64,000 nt of DNA, from assembly GCA_040954595.2 (NCBI GenBank), contig CM082577.2, forward strand, positions 2,666,001-2,730,000, given 5' to 3'. The position numbers and the translations under genes are program-made. Below are positions 40,101 through 52,100 of the stretch, piece by piece (positions within the stretch are counted from its first letter, which is position 1; each line of letters opens with the position of its first letter). This DNA is from Balanoglossus misakiensis. Its lineage: Eukaryota > Animalia > Hemichordata. The notes beneath the pieces are model-generated. The model ran no database searches. It was not told the DNA's origin and worked only from the letters and a program-made list of their open reading frames with translations.

Positions 40101-43100
40101 GATTTAATTCCTCTGCTGGTGTTCAAGTTCAGTTGTTTGTGAACATAACGATGCCGGCTAAAAAATACAAAGGCTCACTTGACAAGCTAAATGTGAGACA
40201 TTTCAGTGTGAATTATCAGAAAACACTGAAAATATTCTTTAAAAATAAGGAACATTGACAAATTTATTTTCAAATTAAATTTTGAGTTTTTCGTTTGTGA
40301 TTGGTGCATATCACATCCTGTCTGTTGTACACATACGCTATGTGGTCCATTGCTCTGACTAATACTCGCATTGCACAGCGCCATGTTTTCTGTCTGTCAG
40401 TTTTTTCTATGAGCTCCTTTCAACTCAGAGTTCTGTCGAAGAACACATTACAAGAAAACCGTAAGGACCAGGCCTTTGTAGACTTGAAGGAAGCCATAAT
40501 GACGGACACAATGAGAAGCGAGTGTTGAACTAACAGAGTTCACCTCGCCACAATGAAAAAAGTGACTTCTTTGTGCCGTAATGCTTTTCAATTTTCTTGT
40601 ATGTCCCAGTTGGCGAACGGCGCAAGAGAATTAAGCCTACTGAGCAGAGTGTCTCTGCCAAAAATTTGAACACCACCGTGTTGTTTCGTGCACATGTTGC
40701 ATAATCTTTCGTGAAGCGCCTCTACATCGATGTTTGTTTCTCTTATCTTTGTTTGCAGCCACTTCTTCCAGCGAAGTGGTCATGTTACGTGAACAGTTGA
40801 AGACTCTGAGCACCGAGCTGGTGTCGCTGCGCACAGCACTGGTCACGAAGACCGCAAACGGACTCGCCAACGCAGCGGCCGACCAGTCTGAAGATGGTAG
40901 CCAACCCAGCCACCTCCAAAATTCCTCACACACTTACCAAGCAGAATTCAACAGTGGTGAGATACCATTATCTGTAAATATTTGTGATTCAAGCTATGTA
41001 GAAAGTGTGTTACTGTTTGTCTTATGTTGTTCATGATTTTCAAATAGAGTACTGGTATATGTATGTGACAATCCAACGACAGCTTTCTCTCATCCTTAAA
41101 TTTGTGGCAATTAATTCTCAGAAAAATAATGTACACCATAAGAGATTTGAAGCCTTTGAAATATTACTTGTATTAAAAACAACACAACGTACAACTTTGA
41201 TACGCACTTCTATAGACGCCCTCTAGAAATGCAGATGTGTTAACCTTTGTTTTCAGCAGTTTTTGATTTCTTGTGCTGTTTTAGTGTCTTTTGGTTGTAA
41301 AGTAAGCAATGGCATCAATGTTACCCACCAGCACATAATAATGTCAGTCAGTAACTCTCAGCTATACTATCGCATCAGTGCAAATATTATAAAACAACAC
41401 CATTAAAAATGTTCAGTGTTTGCATTGTCCTTCGATTTCATTTTTCAATCATTTGTCAGCCATTTTCAAAATTTCAAAGAAATGAGAAAAAGGCAACTTT
41501 TCATGACACTGACCATTCAATTTCCATGACGACAACAGATTCAATACACCTGGAAAGGAAAGAGAACATGGCGCCATTCTCTGAAAGCAGGAATACGACG
41601 AACAAAAAATTTACCAACAAGACCACTGCCAACGTGATCGGGAGAAGCTGTGCTCCGGGAGACTTGGAGGATCTGATACAGCTGTGTGGGCCGCTCACTG
41701 AAGATGCCATCATGAAGACATTACAACAGAGATGGGACCAAGGGTGTACTTATGTGAGTTGGGATTTTGAAGAAAATTTTTTGACTGATGATTTTTGTAT
41801 GTCGAGCTTTGGGTCTGTTCAAGGTGAATGGTGTATTAAAATAGTACCCTCTAGAGATGGCCATTGGAGTTTTCGTAGAGAATATAGTTGCATTATGTTC
41901 TGACTGATTTTGGGTGTGTTTTGAATGTCATCTTGCAAGATGATAGTCTTTGCTTCTGAGTGTGAAAATGCTGCTGTTGTAAAGAGAAATAATTTTAGTT
42001 TGTTTCTTTTGGTAAAACAATAGTACACTTGCAGTGAATTAATAAAAAGTGAGTCTTGGACTTGCTGGTGATTTCCTTTCGGAAATTTACAAATGATCTT
42101 ATCCTCTGATTTTCAGACAAAAACTGGACCTATTCTACTCTCCATGAATGCATATAAAGGTGATCCTCACACGTTGAGCGACGCCCTGTTGCACCCAGTT
42201 GATCACAATCCGTATTTATTGAACATTGTTAAAGAGGCTGTGCGTTTACAGACAGAGACAGGGTACTCACAGGCAATAGTGCTCAGGTGTGTTATCAATC
42301 TATACTTGTAATCCTTTAGCAGAACTTTTATTTTTGATTTATGCAAATAGATTACTCTCCCTTCATAATTTCCAAATTTACCCAAAACTTTGAACATTCA
42401 TTTTGCAGTGGGGAAAGTGGAAGTGGCAAAACCTACTCCTCAATGCTGTTGCTAAGGCAACTGTTTGACCTTGCAGGCGGAGGACCAGGAACTGATGGCT
42501 TCAAGGTAAGGGGTCGGAGTTTAGAGGTCATCAGGTAAAAGATAACTCTTTTATGGATATTTTGAATATCCATAAAATATCCATATCTCTTATCTATCGA
42601 CAGCAGGTGTTAGTATTAAAGTCAGTTTTGTCTATACCCAGTACATTGTTGTACAATATAGATTGGACACAAGCTACCAATGTAATCATATGTTTGGGGA
42701 GTCCAGCCAAAAATTTGGGTTTTATTTGCATATTCTGTGCTAGAAATATAACATCAATTGTTTGAACCAGATGTCCATTACTCAAAGGAATTCAGAGTAA
42801 TGGGAGAGGCAAATCTGAAGTTATAATCATTCCCGTATTTTGAATGCGCAAACTTTATCTTGGTTTTTTCAGCATTTATCTGCAGCTGTTACAGTGCTGA
42901 GATCGCTTGGAAGTGCTGCCACAGTTCAGAATGCAGATTCTACCAGAATGGTGAGTTGCGTGTACATGTGACGGATACAGTGTGGGCACATGTCTGTAAG
43001 ATGATGCCGTTCAGTGTGGCCACATGATTAGGCAGGGTTTATACTATTCCTATGTATGTGCATGTGTATTTATACATGCACTGATATGTACACTAGTACA

Positions 43101-46100
43101 GATACGTTATATGTACATGGGGTACTGGTATGCATGCATTTTCAAACTGGCAAGTGTGGAGTTCTTCAACTGGCTATCTAACATGTATTTGGAACCATGG
43201 ATTTCTTTCATTTGTGTGTGAATTATTAATTAAAAAATTAAACTGACAAATTGCTCAGTTGCATTTATAGTCTCTTGTTACTCCACTGGTTCTTGGTATT
43301 GTTTTTTTTTTAATCACAATGGAATTTTGTTTCTTCAGGGTTACTACACAGAAATCCACGTCTCGGAGGGTGTCATATTCCGCAGTAAAATCCACTGCTA
43401 CTACATCGATCAGACCAGAGTCACACACACATCACAGCAAGAGAAGGGCTACCACATTTTCTACCAGATGTTAGCTGGACTAACACAAGACGAAAGAGGT
43501 AAAGTCAGACAGTTATCAGAAGTGGTTTTTTGTTTGTGTTTTTTATCTTGTTATGGAGGCACTGTGAACGTGGTTGTGCAGGAGAGTTGCTTCCTCTGAT
43601 AAAGTTGTCTTAGGTACCGTGGATGGAATTCAGTATGTGAACAATGAATAATAATTGTTTTCATATATTTGCAGTGAAACTACATTTACAAGGCTATTCT
43701 GCCCATAATCTCAATTGTTTGAACCATATGCTGACAATGGACTCAGATGAAGACTGTGAGAGATTCATGGCTTGGAAGGTAAAGATACACCAATAAAACT
43801 CTCCTTGATAAAATGACCATGATTGTGGTTTAATATTGCAGACTAAGAAAATGTTAACAATTTTATGTTCTGGAACCTTTTCTTTGATTTTTTTTAAAAG
43901 TTTGTTCATTCCATGAGACATAAAATAAAGACATTGAATTTGTTTTAATTCCTTCAAGCCAACCTTTTTTGTAACATTAATGCTTTGTAAGAATTATAAC
44001 TGACAAAACTTCTAGGAATCCTACCATGCCAACTAGAAGCAAAAGATGAGCTGTAAAATGTTATCCAAGCTTACAGTTATAACTTCTAACATTGTTTAAT
44101 TGCTAATTGTCTTTTCCCAGAAATCCCTGTCAGTTCTTGGAATCCCGTTCTCAGATGTAATGAGGATCCTTGCGGCTGTCTTGTTACTTAGCAACATTGA
44201 ATTTATGGAGAGCAACGATTTAGAGCTTGACATTAAAGGAAACAATGGTATGTGCAGTTTGTTTAATCTACTGTCTATGGTTTAATACTGTCTATGAAAA
44301 AACAGTATAACTACAGCTACAGAAGTTACATCTATGACAAAATTCTCTGAAAGTGAAACTTCTAGCTAATGCTAAAGTGAAATCCAACATAACAAAAGAG
44401 AATCTACTTACCCTTACAGTGTTCAAATATACAAAACTCAAATTCATCAGGCTATTCTAATTTCTGTACATTTTATGTTATAAATACTGTACTACCTTTT
44501 CTCATTTTAAGTCAATGTCACATCAAACTGCAGATCCTTCATATACGAAAATGTATGACTTGCAGATGTCACAAAAGTTGACTCTATCATTCTGTACAAA
44601 AGTTGCGGGTCATACCAGCATGAATTATCCAAATTATTGAACAGTGTTTCTCTACATAAATCTGGCTATAGTATGAACAAGTATAGACTGATGGTTATAT
44701 CCTTTGTTATACCAGTGTATCCCTAAAAGAAAACTGGGTTTTCCTTAACACAGTGAGTGTAGTGTCAGTAAAGATAACAATGTGTTTATTCCTGACTACC
44801 GGTACATGCAACATTCTCTGGTGATGTCATTACAGCTGGGTTAATGTGCATCTCATTGCGATCTCCCAGTTGAAGTTTCCCCTGGTTGTGTATGGTTGTT
44901 GTCATATTAATATCTACAAAATACAAAAACGTCAGAATGTAAAATTGACAAAATCTGAACCGGTATGTGTTGTTAATATAGTGTACAGTCAACTAAGAAC
45001 CATAGAATTTACAGAGTAAACTTAGAAATTTTTCACAAGGTTTGCCAAAGGCCAAAAAGTTGAAATTTCAAGAAGGGAAATGGCAAAATAATTCAAACAC
45101 ACACATTTATGGCATATCCATTGTTTCCATCTAGTTTCATATAAATTTAAGTTACTTACAATTAGTGTGTGGTTCAGGTTGTGATGAGATTCCCAAGTAT
45201 AGACATTTCATGGCACTTTGAAGTGAATTTATGTGACAGTGGAGATCTTCCATGTGTTCAACAAACACTCCATTTGCTGGGTGAGATGCTTGGTCTCTCC
45301 CAGGAGTGACTTGATAAGATACAAGTGCAGTTTGCTGACCCATTCTCTCTTGCAAATTGTCGATTTCTGTGCTGACAGTTACTGGGCTTGCATCTTCCTG
45401 GGAGGATTGTGGTTGACCCATATCAGCTTCAATTGTGTTACTTTCAATGCTGTCTAAATTTGAAATGGAACAAAAATATCTGCAGGAATGTAATTCTGGT
45501 CAGTCATCTTTAATTGTTTCCCTGTCAAGTTTTATGAAATTTAACTCATTTTAAATTAAACAGTATATAAATCTTTATAGTGAGCTTCGCACATTTACCT
45601 TCAACAGAATTCGTTGATGGTGTCAGACTTCTCAGATAAGTTCCTGGACGAAAGGATTTCCACGTATACAGAAATCGCCAAAACAGTCCTGTGCAGAACA
45701 GCACAATTAGGATAATAATGTGTTCAAAATATGAAAACTACTTTTAGTACATTCACACATTTCTTCAGGTGTGTGACTGGTCATGATTGGCAGCTGGCCT
45801 GTTCATTTCAGTGGTGCTGTTTGCGAGCAATTGCATTGGCAACAGCCAATCAGATTACTGATATCAGACACACCCACAAGCAAAACCTTGTCAGGTAGAC
45901 TGATTGAGGGTACATGCACTGTATGTTATCTATGCTAGTTTTGTTAGACTGAAAAATCTGTCTTTGGAGGGCGAGAGCAGATAGCGCACTTGATTAACAG
46001 ATTTTCCATTCTGTTGTTTTGTATACTTACTAAAAACGTAAAAAATGTCCATGTCTTCGCAAAGTTCTCACAGCGCTGTGATAAATAATAAAAAGGAAAT

Positions 46101-49100
46101 GGGGGAAGCAAGTAATACAACTACTACTTCTGAATGATTGATTGTTTGTTTGTTTGTTTAATAATAAACACGTTCTTTGGCAAAGCGACTTTGTTTTTCT
46201 CAACCATACATTATTTGTGAAAGTAGTTTTTACAACCCATCTATAGGTCTATAGGCTGTAAAACACAGAATAACCTTATTAACACCAGAAGGCATTATAT
46301 TATAAATTACCAGCTTATCGTATGAATGCGCAATGTACCAGGTACATACAGCAGTTGCTAAGGCACAATCTTTGGATAATATTTGATTAAAAAAATAAGT
46401 ATTTTTAGTCCATTACTATACAACATATATCTCAAGCCATTTATGGAGACTAGTTTGCATGCACAGAGATAAAAAGCCAAACACGTCACGTACAGGGGGT
46501 GAACAAACTTGCGCCAATGGCACACTTTTTGTGACTTATTGATGAACAGGGTCATAGTACACATCCTGTTCTGCTGTACTGAAAACACTGATTGCCATGG
46601 CAACAGAGAATGTCGCAAAATAACGTCCAAGGAAGTTTCTAAAAAAGCTCAATACAAAAATCCCCATGAGGTGACTTCATTATAATAATAATAATAATAA
46701 TAATACTTTATTTGCCATAGAAATAAATGAAACAAAAACAAAACAAAAAGTCATTTTCATAACATAAAGGAAACAAATCTATGGCTGGAAAATAGGAAAA
46801 GTGTTGTTGACTTTTATACATGTTTTTTTCCGTATAGTTGGACTTGGTAGTTTGGGTATTCATTTTTGCGCAAAATTAGTGCAAAACTATTTTTGCCATA
46901 TTGTCAAGACAAATGTTACCAAAAGACTGGGGCAAAAACAGCAGCCATTTTACCGGTAATACAAAATGATTGTAGAAGACTGTTTTGGTGGAGGCAAAAT
47001 GTCGCACTTTTGCAATATTTTTTTCATAATCATCTTCCTCGTTTGCATTCTTTGCATTGCATTTCACTGTTCTTGTTCTATACTGCAACATATTAAAAAT
47101 GCAAATGTACTTAGTCTTCAACCATTACCGATAAACAGGCCCTTCACACTTGTAATGCACTTTTGGAAGGAAAAATACAAGACTGAAAAACGAATATGCT
47201 TTCTCCAGGAAAAAAGTTGCAATTTTTCTCGTGCTGGTTTTAAGAGTTTACATTTTCTCTTCTTTATATGATTCTCTCATCCAAACTCATTAAGATATTT
47301 TGTTTTGTTTAGTTTGGTTTTGATTTGTTTATGATTTTTCAAAATAATGTAGAGTAAAGTCAACTGTAAGAAATGGTGGGCAGGTAAATAAGTGTAACAG
47401 TGTTGATTCTTTGCACTGAGTATTGAAGACTTGTGTAGCTGTACATCGTTTGAAATTGTCTCTTACCTTTTTTGGTTGAGTACCGCCAAGTTTGTTATTC
47501 TTCAGATTCTGGGCTTGAGTCTGTGTTAGTGTGGGCTTTATGTTATTAGAAAGAGCTGTTTTGATAGGCTTAGCAATGTCACCCGATTTAATAACTGTTA
47601 TGGGCCGTGTGAATGTCCATATGGATATTTCATTGTAATGGTTAAATTTTACAGTTCTTAGATTACATCACACATATATAGAGGTGTAGCTAGGCTCAAA
47701 ATAGAATTCAAAAATTCCAATGACATGTGCGCACGGGATGGAGAGGTAATGTTAGGGAGGGGGGGGGGGGTACCTACGGTATGTTCCTTTTTGGGAAATA
47801 CCGGTAGTTATAACCAACAGAAAAAGACAAAGTACACAGTATCTGATTTTTTTTACCAGAATGAGATACACTGGATGAGCGCAACTTTGAAACCCACCCT
47901 GTTGTAGAATACCAAGTACACGTATAGTAATTTAGGTTCATTACGTATGTGATATTTTTTTTAATTTGTGGAAATTAAAGAAATGAATACTTGAGAGTGA
48001 TCTGACAACTATACTTTGTGGTGATCCTTTCCATTGGACAGGTGTGGCTGTATTGTACATTTTTGGCCCAGTATGTTATTGACATTCTTTCAGTTTCAGT
48101 GTCGAAGTCAGTGTGATAATGTCTTTGGCTCACAGAAAATAGGCTGGTCATCTGAGTTAACACTACTGGTATGTGCTAGGCTACACACCATTATCAGTGA
48201 ACTCCACTGAGCAGATATGTGAATTTAAGATGGAGGGATCATGCAAATAATGCATGAACAGGCTATCACTACTGCTCTACTGGAAGTTTTGAGCTAGTAT
48301 CATTTCCTATCAACATTGTCGTTTGGACAACAGGACCCTTTCCTCAGATCTCTCTGCAACATTTTAATTCATAACAGTCTTATTTTTATATAATTAATTT
48401 TATTTCTCAACAGAAATCAAAGCAGTAGCAGCATTACTTGGGGTATCAGGGGTGTCTCTGTACAGAGGACTTACAACAAAGACACGCAATGTCAGGGGAC
48501 AGATTTTCAAGTCACTCTCTGATGCTGCAACAGTAAGTCTTGATATCTTGAATAACATTTGCAAACTGAATGATACTCTTTGAAGTAGTAATTCATCAGT
48601 TCATTCACTCTTTCAATAGCTGTCAATTTTTCCTTTCAAGTGCTAGGAGCAGTTCATTATTACTGGTAGTTTTCATTCATTCGTTCATTCATTCATTCAT
48701 TCATTCATTCATTCATTCATTCATTCATTCATTCATTCATTCATTCATTCATTCATTCATTCATTCATTCATTCATATTATGATTGATTTCTCTTAACTG
48801 CCTGTATCCCTAAACCTTGCAGGCCAATGCAACCAGAGACTCATTAGCCAAAGCCTTGTACTGCCGGACGGTATCAGCAATAGCAAGGAAAGCCAACAGT
48901 GTGAGAAGACCTGGATCAAATTCTGGTCATTCGAGTAGCAGTGACGATGTCCACCATTCAGGTGAAAATTTTGAAAGAACTCTTGATCATTTTAGACTTT
49001 CCTCTGAAGTCCTGTCTCAGTTCTCAATTCATCACTCTAAATATCTAAACCAAACTGGTCCCCACAGACAAAGTCCAGGTGACTAATAATGGATTAGGTT

Positions 49101-52100
49101 CTGTCTGTCCGTGCATCCCTACACGTGGGGACCAGGTCATTGATGATGACAAGTGTTAGCAGAATTCTTTAAACCTGGCATATCAGCTAAACATTGATTT
49201 CTTTTACCTAGACCATTTACTAGTAGATATGTACATATTTGAAAATAAAATGCATTTTTCCTCTAACTCTATAATACTTTCCTTGTTAACATTATCAGAT
49301 CAGCAGAGCTGTAAGCAGCCTTCGCCGGCAACTTCCAAGTTATCTGTCAATCACTCGTCAGCTGTCAGCACACACTGTGGTAGCCTAGGCGATGGCATCA
49401 TTAGTGTTGTCGACATGTTTGGATTTGAACATAACCAGGTCAGTTTCTCCCCCTTGTAACTTGAGGGAACAATTAGTGAAAACTCCCATTCTCTATACTT
49501 GCATTTGGACACATTAAGCACAAAAGGCAATTTACTTTAAGTAGAACAAAAGCGAAGCTCTAAATACCCATTTTCATTGAAAATGGGTTAAAGTGAAAAA
49601 TGGCAATTTTAAATTCGTTCAGTTCATAACATTGTTGAAATTGGTATTTTGTGATAATCTGTACACTATTGAACGAGAACCTACTTTCAATTTCACCACA
49701 GTGACTGTAAATTTTGTCTCTCAACAGAGCAATCATTTTGAACAGCTGTGTATAAACTTGTGTGCAGAGACATTACAGCATTACTACAACACCCATGTAT
49801 TCAAAAGTACACAAGAATGTTGTAGGTAAGCAAAAATTGATTTTCTGTTTCATAAGTTGGGTTCTTCATTAATGACAGTCAATGGCATATAACTGAACTG
49901 ATTTAACTGCATAATTAAGTAACATACATGTTTTTTTTTATTTGACAGGGAGGAAGGAATTCCATTTGAGATTGATGTGGAATACCAAGACAGCACTCCT
50001 GTTATTGAATTGTTCTCAGCACCAGTAAGTTTCAATCAAGAAATGTTTCCAGATATATACAAGTATAGCACATAGTTCACCACACTCCTGCCATGCATGC
50101 ATTGATATAAATGTCAGTGTTACTCTATTGGCTTTCTGCAAACACACAAATTTCACTGACTATTTTTCATATATCAAACTTCCATATTCAGAAACAGCTT
50201 TTGTGTACACTTGTCTCATATCTTCTGTATTTTTTCAGTTGACTGGAATATTTTATCACATGGACAAGGAAAGTACAAACATAGAAGGGAAAGGCAGCAG
50301 TGCGTCCTTCGCACAGAACATTACAGCCCAGCACGTGCATTCACAAAGGTATGTAATCAACCTCTAAAGCCTGTATTTCCCTCTCCACAGTTTTACACCT
50401 AAAAGCTGTAGGTGTTTCTTCTCAAACATGTAATTTTTTGTCCTGAATTTTGGATTGTGCCAAACATCAGGGTTTTTGTGATCCTTCACATTTATGGCAT
50501 TTCGACAAATTTTGTTCAAAGTTGAGAGGTTGTGAGAGCACAAAACAAAAGCTGAAATCTTACAGCTTCAAAACATCTCTTGAGAAGGTACAGTGTAGCT
50601 GTACTTTTGTGGGAAGTTCTGCCTCACTTACAAAAATATGTGAAAGAGTTTTTTGGGGAAAAGAAAGATGCATTGTTTTGCTACATTTAATTCCACGCCA
50701 CTTTGCAACAAATTGTCGCTACATTCTACGTTATACCATTTGACTACTTCAAATCCACTCAGAAAACATTGCGGTTTTGAAGTGGTGTCCTTGGAGATTA
50801 AAAGTGACAAATGACTTAATTGAGTTCCGTATGCTTTTAAAGTTTATTACAGTGTTACTTCTTGGCAACAACACAAAGTTCTGTTCTTTCTCTGAGTTGT
50901 TTGCTTTTTTCCCGTTCAACAAACTTAGTCACAACATAGCTTTGTACATATTTTCATTCTCATGCTCCTTCAGCATACAAACTAAAACAACATTCCTGCA
51001 AACCATCCATTTCAAACCCAAAGAGGTTTGACTTTTTCAACCCTGTTTTCTTGGACTTGGGTTTAGCTGTGCCATCAAAAAATTGAAGCTGAGCCAATTG
51101 AGGTTATGAAATATCACATCTGTCACTGTGTTGACTTTCATCCCAGGTTTTACAGCCCCGAAGACGGAGGGACATACAGTTTTGGAATCAAACACTTTGC
51201 AGGCAATGTGGTCTACGACGCAACCAACATGGTGGACAGAAACCGAGATCTGGTCAGCGACGACATCTTGTCCATTTTTCAGAAGCAGAACTGCAATTTT
51301 GGCTTTGCCACACATCTCTTCATGAACGACCTCAAATCTCAAGGTAAATTTAAGTAACAGAAATGTTGGAATGATCGAGTCGTTCTCATGACCTCTGCAT
51401 GACCTTTCATGCTAGTATAGCCATTGGTGTGAATCCATCCATTTTAGTGAAAACACTGTCTTTAAATATGAAACTCTTGTACATGTACATGTACATGTAC
51501 ATGTACATGTTCCTGCAGTTGTATTCACTGAATTCCTCACTGAATTGAAAGTGTGATTCATTTTCAAGCAAAACTTTACAAGTTTCTTGCACCAAAATGT
51601 TGAATTTTGACAAGCAGTTTACCATGGAAAAGTAAATGAAGGAATTAACAGTGCCATGTCAATGAGAAAACGGTTAGCTGGACTGCCCAAATTCTGTGAT
51701 GTTCCCCACTCATAACACATTATTTCTTTTCAGGCAACAGTCAACCACGAGGCTATTTGCACAGAATTTATCCAACCTCATCGCTTCATGCAGAGCACTC
51801 AGGGTAAATGGGACTTGTAATTTGTCAATTTTTTCTATGACAAATTTTATGCCAAAAAATAGATTTCATTACACTGAAAACCTAAACACTATGACATCAA
51901 CTCATATGGAGCATGAATGTGAATGTAAAGTCTTCAGGATTTAAACTTTCATTTTCTGTTTCTGCAGGAAAGACGGGGTGAAAAGAACATTTTCTCAGGA
52001 TTTCCAGTGTAGAATCGACAATCTTCTGAAGACACTAATGCATTCCAAGCCACATTTCATAAGGTGTATCAGGGTAAGATTAACTATTCCCTCGTTCTTT

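Noticed and set aside
41460-41538. Upstream acceptor at 41460 for myosin exon 3
   Set aside because: It is phase 0, while the preceding exon ends in phase 1. The acceptor at 41539 restores the frame.
48570-48797. ORF with (FIHS)n repeat
   Set aside because: It is a translation of the intronic (ATTC)n microsatellite.
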